A stretch of DNA of 64,000 nt from Lepidodermella squamata (lineage: Eukaryota; Animalia; Gastrotricha): the NCBI GenBank assembly GCA_047495785.1, contig JBLDXI010000025.1, forward strand, positions 310,001 to 374,000, in the 5' to 3' direction. Both the position numbers and the translations under genes were made by a program. A model generated the notes under the pieces. That model saw only the letters and a list, made by a program, of their open reading frames with translations, ran no database searches and had not been told where the DNA came from. The stretch's first letter is position 1. Every line of letters starts with the position of its first letter. This document shows, piece by piece, positions 21,503 to 34,548 of this stretch.

Positions 21503-23326
21503 TCAGAGTCCGATGAAATTGGTGACCATGAACAGCGAATTTGCAGGCTGATCGTACGGCACCATGTGCCCGGCATTGCGTACCACGACGAATGTCAGCT
21601 GGCCAACAGTTGTCGAATAGCCAATCGCCTCTTGTTTGCTGTCGGTCCAAATGCGGCGAGGCGCTTGCTGCCACTCGTCCTTGTGCGGCCAGTTGAGCGA
21701 GCGCAGGAAGTTGTCCGTGCCAACAGTTGGCACGATGAGGTCGAGATGGCCGCTGTAGTACAGGACAGGGATCGAGGATTCGGTGAGCAGGTATTCGACT
21801 CGGTCTTTCACGGTGTTCATCACGTCCAGCATGAGGTTCTTCTCGACTGTCGAAGATTGCGAGCCGTATGGCTGCGAGCCGACGTGAATGTTGCGACGAG
21901 TCGAGTTCAGCTGCAGGTAGCTTGCGTAGTAATCAAAGTCAGGCGGGGATTGCTGCAAGTTAGAAAATCACAACAAAGAGGGTAACCGGTGAATTAGTGG
22001 AAATCGAGCGTGATACCTTGCAGAGAAGGAAGTTGAAGTAGTCAGTGCAGCCAGATGCGTTTTGGAAGTAGCTTGGGTATGGGAAAAAGTCGCCGTTGAT
22101 GAGCATGTCGAAGATGTCGAAAGCCGGGCCGAACTGCTTCTGTTGGATGAACGTCACTGCCTTCTGTGTCTGATCGTTGAAATACTGTCGCTGCGGATCG
22201 CTGAGCAGGCCCAGGCTGAACAGGTGATCGCCAGACGGTGCTAGCATCTTTAAAAGTTGTAGAAGAAATGAGGGTTAGGAATGTGCCTATTCCTATTCCT
22301 ATTCCTATTATTCGTATTCATATTCCTATTCCTAGCTAATATTCCTAGCTTACAGTCTCAGGATCGGACAGGCCATTTCCGACAAGGATGCCGCCCAATT
22401 TCGCAACTGGCGACGGCTTGTTGACTGACTCGTAAAACCGCTCCATCTGAACGAGCTTCTGGCCGAAAGCCGGCACGTACTTGCCGGCGTACGACTCACC
22501 GGCGACGAAAAACGGCTGGCTGGCTAGTTCGGGGAACATGGTGTAGAACTGTACGAAGAAGGTGTACAAATGCGTGGCTACGGTGTCTTCGTCTTTCACG
22601 TAGCCGTTGGGGTCAGTGACGAACGAAAACCCGGTGCCAACTGGGTTGTCGATGAAGATCATGTTGTAGAAGTTGGTCCACGAAGCCGGGCGGCGGGAGA
22701 CTGTCATCGAAGCATCGACCTGGAGGAATAAAAACTCTTAAAATAAAAAAGAGCTTTTTTTATTTATTTTGCCACCAATTATGGATTTATCAAGCCCATT
22801 TTTCAATTGGAAATCCGATTTCTATATTTTTCAAAGAATACAATTTTCTTCCTTCATCTCCCCTGATTCTGGTAGGGGAGGATAGTGGTAAGTAACCTTA
22901 AACGTGACCCAGGCATCAAAGGTTCCTTACTTGGAAAGGTCCATTTTCCACGAAAAGTCCGAATAGAGAAGAAGCACCTGGGCCGCCTTGAAGCCACAAA
23001 ACCAGCGGAGCATCCCCGCCGTTCCGGTTCGTTGGCGTGTACCAGAAAAACATATTCGCTCCGGTTTTATTGTCCACCGTGATGTAGCCAGAATAGCTGA
23101 GTTGCCCAGGAATTAACGGTTCGTTTTTAGAAAATTGCTGGGCCAAGTCGATTTGGCCTGTTAGGATGAGAGGTGTCAGGAATAACGGCTGGCCTGGGTC
23201 AGCTTTTGCAGATGGAGCTTCGGCTGCTGACCACTCGTCCATAGCTACGTCGACCCGCCGCGGTTTAGCTTCGATCGAAGCCACGAAAATCGATACGGCG
23301 ATCAGTAAACAAGTCGAGATTTTCAT
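21503..23326 (-). CDS. Serine carboxypeptidase, family S10 (CPVL/vitellogenic carboxypeptidase-like)
   Basis: Exons 23326-22931, 22719-22354, 22247-22017, 21952-21503. Signal peptide, WLQGGPGASS, IDNPVGTGFS, catalytic GESYAG, DLIVP and AGHMVP. Confidence 0.95.
22287..22335. repeat. (CTATTC)n intronic microsatellite
   Basis: Tandem cctattcctatt units. Confidence 0.85.
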
Positions 23327-24258
23327 TATTCAGTAATTGAATGCAACTAAAATGAAAAAAGTAGATAGGAAAGACGAAGTCAGCTAGTTTTAGAGATAAT
23401 TCCAGTTCTCGATAAGATAAGCCTTTGTTTCTAACCGTAAAAAGTCTAGGTAGGATTCAAAGGTTTCCAAATACCTGGTTTCCTGACAAAAAATGAAAAA
23501 TAAAATTGGAACAAAAATAAGAAATATGATTGAAAAATTCCCATTAATTCCAAATTTCGCAAATTAGCAGTCATGTAATTTTTCAATTTCGCCCAGTTTT
23601 CAATGAAAATTATGCCGCGGGTTCTATGAAGAAATTACCTGGATAGAAGTTAACCCAATTCCTTATTTTTGCAATTTTTTGTGATATTTTATGAATTTGT
23701 TGGATTCATTCGGAATTTTCTGAATCTACGATCTCATCTCTATAAAACAAAAAGCTAAAAATGAGGGTGAATAAAATATTGAAATTTCAAAAATATTCCC
23801 GAGATACTGTTCGTTTAAGCTTTCAGCTACAACAAAATTCCAAAGAAAAAACTGATTCTTCTTAGCGAGGGAGATCCTTCATCGTGAAATTTCTGACAAT
23901 AAACTCGGTCGAAAAATTTGCTGAAGCATGAACATGAACAAACTGGTGGCACGAGCCGCTCACACCAGACTTGCAAGGCAACACATGGCCGGCTGAAATT
24001 TCATCAAAGCATGAGAATTTCTGTCGAGTTTACTCAAGCGAGTAATTTTACCACCTCATAAACATTTCCATTATTTTTTATTTTTTTCTCGAAAAAAACA
24101 GCAATCAATTAGCTTGTTTTTCATCTCAACAGGTAAAAATCACGAAGCTTTAATTAAAGCGAAAATTGGAACAGTCTCATTGTAACCAAGTGAGGCGTGA
24201 AAAGCAGGCATAATAAATAATAATACGACGTAATAATACGCTGTCCCGTTTTTTTCAT

Positions 24259-27200
24259 TCAAATCGAGCATCCTTGTTTTTTGCCGTACGGCTGCTTCGG
24301 CCGGAACAAGGCGACCGCATTGTCGATGATTGCCGAATTGAACAGGTTGATCATAGGAACTTCAACGCCCATGTGAAACACGAACGAGATGGCCATTGTC
24401 AGGCAGAAGTGACCGCAATAGACCCAAATCTGCGCAAAATTAAATTTAAAAAATTTCCAAAAATTAAAATTAATTAAAAAAATCCGATTGCCAAAATGTT
24501 TAACAAATTAGGAGCATTTGAAAATTTGAAATTTGAAAAAGTTTCAGTTCAAATTTCAATTTTTCATTTATCATTTTTTCATGAAAAATCGGGATGAAGT
24601 GATTTTCAGAATTACCATGTCGACAAGCATAAAGTGGAAGAGGCGTTCTCGGGCGAAAATCCAGTACTGCTGCACGATAGGGTGGATGATGAAAGCAACG
24701 TAGGTCAACCTCGATAGGACTTGGAACGCTCCCATTGATAGGATGTGGTTGATGAGGCCACCCGAGCCATGTGAACACAGGAATACGACGAAAGCAACAG
24801 CTATCGACCAAGCGATGCGTGACGTCGCGAGATACGCGATGTCGAGGTCACGCGGCATCGATTTGTAATCGTCCACCCATGGGTACAGGCCGTATAGGAT
24901 TGCGAAACCGGTTCCGAGCGCAACAATCCACAATAAAATTGCAACAAACTGGAAAAAAATCGAATAATCAACAAACATAGGTTTAACCAAAAATGCAACG
25001 TAAAATTTCTGAGGAGCAACTATTTTGCTAACAATTAATTTTTTCTTACTTCATTGAAATTTTGAAACAAAATTCTAAATTTGTCATTTTTCAATTTAAA
25101 TTTTTTTATTCTAAATTAATGTGCTCTTAAATTTGCAAATTGAAAAAACATCAGTCATGTCCCAAAATGTGTATGTATAGCTCACCTTGTTTATCCGCAT
25201 GCGAAATTTAGTTGAAGTTAGCAAGAAAGCTAGCAAAAGTCCGATGCCAAACGGCGCGCATCTTGTCCATGGAAGAATATACAGTTTTTCTAAATAGCCC
25301 AACGGCCGCTGTAACGACGTGACCAGGCCAATAGCTTGAAGCATGTGCAGCGAACTGAAGCCCTCTTCGAGGCCGATAATTGGTACCATGGCCGCGTGGA
25401 CCGCGACGAGACCGGCTGCCAGGGCGACTCCGGCGAGGGGGGTCAGCAAATACGCGCCGACGATGAAAGGAACCAACAGGATGAGTTGCATGTAGATCGA
25501 AAACCACCAAGTCCAACCAAGGCACTGAAAAAAAGGAATAATCGATAATTTGATGGAAAAAATCAGGAAAATCGATCATACAGTGTGTCCGTCAAATAAT
25601 ATGAGCCTATATATAGCATTTTAATTGCGCCTGTTCACGAGTCGTGCACGAGGCAAAAAAACGCAGCACTGAATGATAGTACAGCTATTGTTGTTCATTG
25701 CTGGAAAAATATCAATTATTGCTCCGCCAAAATTTGTATTATTTAATCAAGATAAAGAACATTCTTCGGAACGAAAGCATTAGCTTCGGGATTTTCACCT
25801 GCAAGCTTTGTACATTGCTAAAGTTTTGGGGACAACGAGTTGCCCTGAATATTCATGCAATAAGATCAAACGCGCAACAATGTCAACCTAATATCTGGAA
25901 AAAATATAACCATTTAAATAGCAAATTTTCTTATCCAATTCAGTTAAAACTGTTTGTACTAGCCATTGGACGTATTCTTGCGGGTATGTGAAATTCACGT
26001 ATATAACGGTTACTTATATTGCTTACTTATACTTATACTTATACTTATACTTATACTTATATATTATACCCGGATGCTACACAAATTGGCGAAAGCGACA
26101 TTACCCCTTTATTTCAAAACGCGGAACTCATATCAAACAGATTACCAGGTCGTAATGGAAACTGCTTTAGTTGCTTTCATTGCATTTGTTGCATTTGTTG
26201 CTTTTGTTGCATTTTATGCTTCAACGGCAGTTATTAAATTAGACATGTAAGATTACGAAAAAATTTAGAAAATGTCCCGCGGCTGTTGAAGACCCAAGTC
26301 GATGGGCAAGTCGATGTAAGCGAAAAAGGGGAAACCCGATTCCAAAAAAGCGGTTTGTAAAACTGGCCATGGCCGAATTCAAAATGGCCCTTGCAAAACA
26401 AAAAACTGAAACGGCTCAGGGAGAAGATGGTGATGACGGAGATGAACCTGATAATTAAGATAATTTTTAAAGGCGCGGCTCGTTAAGAGGAAAATATTAG
26501 CATTCCTGATGGTCAGAACATCACCTTCTCTATCACCTGAAAGAATTAAGACGAAGAAAGTTTAATCATCAACACTAGCTGATGCATACAAATTTTAACT
26601 AGCAGTAGTAAATAAAGCTTTCGATTTCATTGACGTATTATTTTTTGCATCTCATGAAAAAAATGAGACGCCAGATCTGGCACGCACCACGCTTGCTGTT
26701 GCTTTTGGACTATAAATAGCCTCATATTATTTGACGGACACACTGTAAAATCGACAATTTAACATTTCGAACATCGATATTAAAATTAAGTGAAATTTTG
26801 AAAAAAATGAAATTGAGAAATTCTCACCCTTAGTTTTGTCTCTTCGAAGTTGTTGACGAACAACACAGTCGTCCACCAGTTTTCCTCGCATCTCGGATCG
26901 TGGTGTTGAGGGAAGGTGATACCGCCAACATAAGTCCACGGCTAAATCGATGAAAAAAATCAGTCACAGTCACGGTTGATTGATCTGGCAACGTACCGTC
27001 AACGAGTAGTAGAACCAAATCGCGACTCCAATCATGGGCAGAACTCGTAGAATTCGCTTGAAATAGAAAACCGCCCAGTAGGCGATGGCGTTTTCACGGT
27101 TACGGCTCGCTGTTAGCTTCGTGATGGCTGCGTAGGCGACCGTGAAACCGCCCAGCATGAACATGGTATCGGCAGCGAATTGCGACTGCTTGATCACCTG

Positions 27201-29236
27201 GTTCGTGAAGGCCTTCTGGTGAATGGCGTACGAGAAGATGTTGTCGATGTTGAAAAGCCACGAGCCGTACAGATACGCATGGCCGAGCATGGCCCACATC
27301 AGGGTGATCACCTTCAAACCGGCTAGGTGACCTAGTTCCTTGACCTGAAAAGGAAAAAAATTTAAGATGAAAATTCTGGTTTTGCTGAAAATTGAATATC
27401 AATATTCCAAAAAAGTTGAATATTTTCAAATTTTCAGATTTAAATTTTAAATTTTCAAATTTTGAATAATTGATCCAATTTTGTCTTTAGAAAAACAGCG
27501 ATTTTAAATTACCTTAGGCTTGGTGTTAAACAGCGACAAAACATTGCGGAAAATCGAAAATGAGGTGATCGCTTGGATGAGGGCTGATTTTTTCGAATAA
27601 TCGACCAAAAAGTAGTGAGACCGATTGTATTCGGAGCTCAGCTTGGTCTTCTCGTTCCGCTGAGCTGCCAACCACCTGGGCCGCTCGACCGCCAACACGT
27701 ACAAAAATTCAACAGCCGATCCAATCACGTTGATCGCGATGATTAGGCCAGTGGTTATGCTAAATTTCAAAATGTCTCACATATTATAGCAGCTTTCAAA
27801 ATGGATTTTCTTGATTTTAAAATTTTAAAATTGAAATTTTGTTTATCAACCTCAATTTTCTATTAAAATGAGAAGTTCACATTCTTGATTTAATTTTTTT
27901 GGAATAATAGTTATCTGTCAATTTTTGAATTTTGAATTTGAATTTTGAATTTTTATCTCTCTCTAAAAATAGTAAAAATATCTTACTTTCCCAGAATTGC
28001 AATATCGTCGAATTCCAGCAATTCATCCGTGATGCATACTAAATTGTCGCCGTAGGAAATCAAATTTTCAATCGCATCGGCGATCGTTTTCAAAAAATCC
28101 AACGGCCCTCGGGTATCCCTTGAATTAGCGTCGAAAATCCCACCAAAAGCCGCAACTAGCTCATCGCCAGTTTTCTCAGGATTGTAGGATCCATCCTCAA
28201 CAAAGGCCGCATAATCGAGCGCCCATTTTCGCAACAAGGCCTTGAACAGTTGAATTTCATGCGGTGTAATTTCGGCTAAATAAGGCCGAATTGTCGGCAA
28301 TTCCGGGCTGCGAATAGCAGCGATGATAGCCGTTCGAATGCCTTGCGTAGCATTCGCAGTGCACACCCTGGGCAGGCACAGTCCCACGGGTAGCGGCAGG
28401 GGGATGGGTAGACCCAAATTGATGCGCAGGATAAATCGACAGAACTTCGGTTCGATGTCGATGTACTTTTGAAGGACGGGCTCGTATTTCGGAGGATACG
28501 CCTTGGTGCACTCGTCCGGGGCGCCGAATAACACCTGGATCATACCCTGGCGAAGACCAGTTGGCCGTTTGCCGCGCGAGTCGAACCCTATTTCGATTTA
28601 AAAATTCAATAAATTTTAGAAAACAGTTTAATTTAAAAATTTGTGAAATTGTCATTTTCAGAAAATTAATTAATCAATTAATATTTTCAGATCTTCAATT
28701 TTGAAATCAACAACAAAAATTCAATTAAAATTTTTTAAAATTCCAGTGAAATTAGAATGAAAATTAGATATCAAGCCTACATTATAAAATATATGAACCT
28801 ACATTTTTTAGCCCAATTATTAGTCCAGTTGCCTCGAATGCCAACTCGAAACACGTCGTACGACTTGATAAAACAGTCAATCAGTTTACATTTTTGCAAC
28901 CAAGATTGAGGCTTTACTAACCTGGTCGAAACAATTCATAGTCTCGGTGTCATTCGGGTTGATTTTCCGCCGAATTTGATTGACTAAAATGTTGAAAATT
29001 TGCGGGATGAGCTTCAAGTCATTCTCAGCCCGCGTCATGACTGTTTCATAGCCAAGACTAGCTCTGTCGAAGTAATCGACTTGTTTCTCTAGGAATGGCA
29101 TGTCGCTGGAGGCGATGGCCTGCGCGATTTCATCTTCAAGGTCCAGCAGTTCTTGGTCGATGTCGTAATCGAACTGAACCGAATTTCCAGCCAATAGCAA
29201 GACTGCGAAGATGAGGTGCGTAAAACTCAACCTCAT
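24259..29236 (-). CDS. NRF-6-like protein (N-terminal NRF-type Cys domain + acyltransferase-3 multi-pass domain)
   Basis: About 8 exons (internal boundaries approximate). Signal peptide at 29236; LFGAPDEC..FC..GLCLPRVC; FSIFRN; GLKVITL.W..LGH; DTMFMLGG; KRILRVLP; CLGWTWW...YMQL; YILPWTR; LSRLTY..FIIHP; VEVPM; stop TGA at 24259-24261. Confidence 0.9.
25581..26745. mobile_element. Non-autonomous Tc1/mariner-superfamily DNA transposon in an intron
   Basis: Perfect 25-bp TIR CAGTGTGTCCGTCAAATAATATGAG at 25581 and its reverse complement ending at 26745, flanked by TA on both sides. No intact transposase; internal (TATACT)n tract near 26025-26060. Confidence 0.9.
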
Positions 29237-30940
29237 CGTTCAGCTTTTATGAAGATTCCGATGTTCGACAGCAGCGAAACAGCTAATTAGGCCACCTAAA
29301 CAAAGAATTTTAAATAAAAAGAAACAATTTCAAAATCGGAATAAATTATCAAAATTAAAGAAATTTGTCGTAATGTATGAATAATACCTCTGCGAATGAC
29401 GTCACATGTTAAATTGAAAATAAAACCGAACTCGCTAATTTTCTTGTTAAATATCTACCCAACCCGGGTGCTTATTTCGACACTGTTATTCCTAAATCCT
29501 GTAAGTTCTTAAAATCCTATTATTATCCTAATACGACCTCAGTTAAAAGATTGTTAAACAGCTAATTAGGTTGGTTTTTTGTAGGCCTGGGTGTTCAAAT
29601 TTTCGCTGGCCTCCAAGGGCGGGGCTGTTGCAACTATTGATAATGCTAACGCCCATCCGGCGTGTCCAAAAACATCACCGCCCTACTTATCCGCTTATCA
29701 ACTTTGACGCTGCAAGCCAGACAACTACTGTAGGCATAATAGGCTGGGGAAACGCCTACGGTAGCAACGCTGTCGAGTCAATAATGCGCGCACTGGTGAG
29801 GTACCGTCCGAGTAAAAAAAATGCTATCACATTTTTTCCTATACAGCTGCAGATAAGTCTTATCTAGTTCGGCTTAGCACGTAATAGCACATGAATCAGG
29901 TTCATTTATTCGCCATGTCCAAAAATCACTCGAACAACAGATAGAAGCTTTTGAAACTCTTTGACTCTTTTCGCCAAAAATTATCAGCACTTGCCACTTG
30001 CTTACGTGACAAAGTGTTTCCCACGTTATGGAGGGAGCAAGGAAAAAATACAATCGTGAATCTCAGTTTTTACTTTCAAAAATGTCACTTCATGTTGTCT
30101 GGCGCAAATGGTCAAACTTTGCATCACATCAAAAAAACTCAGTTGATTGATTATCAAGTTCTAGTTGGGGCTGTGGCTGCGGAATAAAAAGACAAAAACC
30201 ACAGCTCACACAGCTCGGCAAGACAAAAACCGAAAAGGGTGAAACAAATCGGAATCAGGCCAAGTTGAATTTAATTTCTGGGAAACAAAGGGTGAAATTA
30301 ACTACAGGGATTCATGATGAGCTTATTACTGGCAATATCACAAGTTCAGCGGTGTCGATTGCATCACTGTTTATTGAGAAGTCTTGAATTGGATCTGGCC
30401 TTGATGCCGAGGAATAACCAAATTTAATCCATCAACAACATGGAAATTAACAACGCAGTACCTTAATATCCACGAGTGGACGATAAAAGCTGTTGAAACG
30501 GCAGCAAAAATCGCTTGAAAATTGCTCTTGACAGTTCCTAGAGCTACGAGCACCGAGGTATTTTCCATGCACGTAACAAAATAATTCGACCTCCAGATTA
30601 TTACATTTTCATGGTCAAGGAATGCTAAGGCAATTGGTTAATTTCCTGATTACACGCTTACTCATGTATGAGTAAGAATAACAAGTATGTCATCTGTAAG
30701 GCGCCGGCTCGCCACGGGAGCTGCCTTGGTTTTTCGTTAACTCTCTGCCGCTGCTTGTTTTTTTTGCCGAAAGAAGCCTAGCTGTCATCGCAGCTATATG
30801 GGGGATTTTACGCACGCTAGCCAGGCACTTCAGTATACATGAAATTTCGCGTTTTAGCGTCCGCTTTCACGCGAATTCTGGCTCTAATAATATAAGGGCC
30901 TCGGAGAAGTATAGAAACCGTCAAGTCAGTCGTCGATACG

Positions 30941-32698
30941 ATGCTAAAGGGGGTTCTCTCCGTTGCCTCCTTCTTCCTCAGTTATGTCGATAGCCGCCAG
31001 TGCGGCAATCCGCCCGTCGTTTCCTGTGGCATCTGCTCAACCAAGCCATGGACCGATTGCAGAGCTATGTCGTACATTGTCAATGACCTTCATCTCTACG
31101 AACCAAATACTGTTCTCTATTACAAGCCGATCAACTCCAGCTGGGTTTTCACGGGTCCGACTCAGGTCACATGCCAGGCCAACGGCACCTGGACCCACGG
31201 CCCAACTTGTGAGATGATCTGCTCGCCCCCAACGGTGCCTTTCGGTTCATGCACTGGCGCGACATTGGGCGGGAAGTACTTCAGAGTTAGAGACCAAGCA
31301 AACTGCACGTGCCAGACCGGCTACATTCGCTCAACCGGGGTTCTAAACCCGACTTGTGATGAGGGGAATATCTGGCTGAACCCGCCGACCTGCGAACCTA
31401 TCGCCACTATCAGTGTCCTATTCCCGGGCTGTGCGAAATTGCCTTCAGTCGCATTCGGTGCCTGCTCAGCAATAAACATAACGATCCCAGCACGCATCGC
31501 TTTCAATGAGGAAGTTTCTTGCACGTGCAACTCCGGATACTACGTAGCTTCAACTTCAAGGGCGAGATGCATCGGACATGACAAGTATTAGCTTTTCACT
31601 CATGAAGGAGGAGCCTTTCACTTGCCAAATGTTTTCAGATTTACCAACGTTCCAACCTGCGAACCCATAGACCTGCCACCAGCTTTAATTTGCCCAAGAC
31701 CAACGGCTGTTCCTAACGCTAGCTGTGGTGGTAGCGATTGCAGCGGTGGCAACGACGACGAAGCAATCTTTGAAATCGGACAAGCTGTTACATTCACAGT
31801 AAGCTGACGAGTAGAAGTTATTCGCTTATTTTCATCTTAATGGTTCCCAGTGTAATACAGGCTACCGAATGTCTGGCAATGCCATGATTAAATGCCTGGA
31901 AAATGGTAACTGGACGAAATCTCCAACCTGCGTCAGGATCGCCGACACCGCCGGTTGTGGCAAAGCTCCCAAGTTTCCTGGAGGCGTCTGCCACGCCGAA
32001 GAAGACGACGACGATGATGATGTTGACATCGGACGGACGGTATTTAAAAAGCCATTAGAAGCTTGCAGAAAATATTGAATCTGTACCCAACGTCTAAGGT
32101 TTCGTGCTCCTGCATCGATGAGGATTTCTATCGGCTCGAGGGAAATCGGTTTCTCACATGTCAAACTAACAGGACATTTGCCGGTGTAATGCCAAAATGC
32201 GTGACCCATATGATGCCTCTTTGCTCTCTTTCTGCTGTGGACACTCCGGCCAATGGCTACTGCATTTCAGCACTCAATGATGGAGCTGCCGCCCTTGCTG
32301 TCGGAGAGAAAGCTATTTGCGGCTGCGACAGAGGTTATTACCTAAATAATGGGCGAAACGGTGCAACTGTCACCCTGACCTGCAAGGGCTGGGACAGGTG
32401 GGATGGCAGCAGGCCATCGTGCACTCTCATCTGGCCCACCGCGAGGCCTATCTGCGCTTTCCCGAGTGAAATCCCCGGGGGATATTGCGAGGTTGATGGT
32501 CGTGAAAACGAAGATGGCTTCGTCAATGTAGGCGAGTCTTTCACGTGCGCTTGCGATGCTGGCAAGAAATTCCCAACGGCCGTTACCGGCAAGGTCAAAT
32601 GCATTGCCATGAACACTTACGATGTAACTTTGCCGACATGCGACCAGCAAACTACTACGCAGCAAACAACACTTTTCTTTGGTTTTCCTCGAGGGTGA
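30941..32698 (+). CDS. Secreted multi-sushi (CCP/SCR) domain protein
   Basis: Exons 30941-31584, 31639-31798, 31851-32039, 32069-32698. Signal peptide and about 7 repeats of C..PP.VP.G.C...C.C..GY......C....W...PTC; no TM. Confidence 0.85.
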
Positions 32699-32951
32699 CA
32701 AAAAGTAAGGGTACAATAACAAAATAAGTAGTTATTCTGGTGATTTCTGTAATAAATACGCTCAATAAAATGAATGATATGCAATACGACGCGAATTTTT
32801 CGATGATACTTTCGTATGTACTGAATTACGTGGGCTTCAAATTCTTCAAATCCTGCCAAATACTATCAATTAAAAACATAACTTCAATTTTTATCAAGTA
32901 CCAGTTTTATCTATAATTGGAAGTTTTACAATAATTTATTTATGTACCTAA

Positions 32952-34112
32952 TCATTGGGAAAAGTAAACATCCAAAGCATTGAAATTTATGACAGCGTAT
33001 GCTATAAGAGCACTCAATAGGAAAAATGTCTCAATGAGGCGCCAGCGAGAAATAGCAAGTGGGATACAGGCGACTCTGAAGTGCGTCCTACACCACTTTT
33101 TCCACGAATTGCTGAGAAAACACGCGAAAATGAAGTAGACGGTGCAAATCAGCGACAAAGCTGTCAGACATTCGGTATATCGGCCGATAAAGATCGAGTA
33201 CGGCTTCTTCGGGACATTGCTCAAAATCGAACTCTGCAGGAAAATCAGTGCTAGAACTATTGTAACGGAGAAAACAGGTCGATCTGTCATTTCGGGCGGC
33301 ATGAGAAACCCGATGATGGTCATACCAGATAAAGCCGCACATGGGATCATCAGAAATTCGACGTAGTAAGTCGGATCTCGCTTGAAAGATATAGCGAATC
33401 GAACGGTTTTCTTCGGCACTTCAAAGTAATTGTCCTGGATGTGGACAGTTTTGCTATCAGTCAAAATCCACTCGTCGCCACTGCTGATGAAGTTGCTGCT
33501 GATGTTCAGTTTTGAAGACTTGGTGTCGAACGACAGGATGTTGCCAGATTCTTGCAGCTGGAAGTCGAGATAGCAGGTTTGCGTATCGAATGGGAAATTG
33601 CTGATTTCGACGTTGCACACCGAAGAGAAAAGGCCGAAGCGTTCCCAATTGAAAGTTATCTTGCCTGTTTCGTAGGAAGTGACGAGACTTCTCGATGTCA
33701 TGCCGTGCATTCCCATGTTCTCAACCGCGTTTTTGTGGTTGATCTGCGGCCGCCACAGCACGTCCTCCCAAGAGAAGAGCAGCGTGTCTGCGCTTGTTGT
33801 ATTCTCAGGGCAGGTGGTGGCCCATTTTACGACGAGATAACCGTCGATTTGGAAGATTTCCGTGGCTGAGTTGATGCTGATGAAGCGTTCGAAGAACATT
33901 TGGGCTAAAACTGTGAATGCTTGACATTCGCGACCGCCGTTAAGACCGCCCCGAACGCAAGTTGGTGCGTAAGACTCGCGGCCAAGTTTCGGGCATTTTT
34001 GTAGGATCGACGCGGTTATTGGCGCGCGAATTTCCAAATCTTCTAGAGCGTTCGATTTTGACAGGAGAAGGTAACTAGTAGTGACAAAAAAGCAAACGCT
34101 TGAGACGAGCAT
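32952..34112 (-). CDS. Intronless Cys-loop ligand-gated ion channel subunit (divergent nAChR-like)
   Basis: 386-aa ORF with signal peptide, LWRP, Cys loop CNVEISNFPFDTQTC, EW, pre-M1 FKRDPTYY, and M1-M4. Confidence 0.9.
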   Translation of the reverse strand: MLVSSVCFFVTTSYLLLSKSNALEDLEIRAPITASILQKCPKLGRESYAPTCVRGGLNGGRECQAFTVLAQMFFERFISINSATEIFQIDGYLVVKWATTCPENTTSADTLLFSWEDVLWRPQINHKNAVENMGMHGMTSRSLVTSYETGKITFNWERFGLFSSVCNVEISNFPFDTQTCYLDFQLQESGNILSFDTKSSKLNISSNFISSGDEWILTDSKTVHIQDNYFEVPKKTVRFAISFKRDPTYYVEFLMIPCAALSGMTIIGFLMPPEMTDRPVFSVTIVLALIFLQSSILSNVPKKPYSIFIGRYTECLTALSLICTVYFIFACFLSNSWKKWCRTHFRVACIPLAISRWRLIETFFLLSALIAYAVINFNALDVYFSQ

Positions 34113-34548
34113 TTTTTCTGTAGCTGAGGCGTGAACTTTCTTTAGTCGCGAAACAGAATGTTTGCCAATTGGCAGCTGGGTAAACGCTGCGCAGGAAATC
34201 TGTGCGTTACACGCCGCATAGAGCTAGAAACTGGAGACTATTTCGGAGGCCCATAAGAATTTTTCGGGGAGGCAAATTTCCGCGATAAACTGCTATTTGG
34301 GAGGTTACTTATTACTAGAATGTTTCTGCTGGGCATCACGAGGGCTCATCAACATCAGGGATATTTAGTTCAGTTGGAAACGTAACATTATCTCTCCCGT
34401 TTAGCTTTCCTGAGACGACTCGACAGGTAATTAGGGAAATTGAATTGAAGAAACCTCTCTTACCGTATTTCGTTTCAACAGATGTGATTGAGATTCTCAT
34501 TAAATGAATAAAGAGTAATTTTGATCGGTTGTTTTATTGTACTGTATA

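Noticed and set aside
25966-26250. ORFs with ILILIL/TYTYTY and FVAFVA runs that look like membrane peptides
   Set aside because: Translations of microsatellites inside a non-autonomous transposon.
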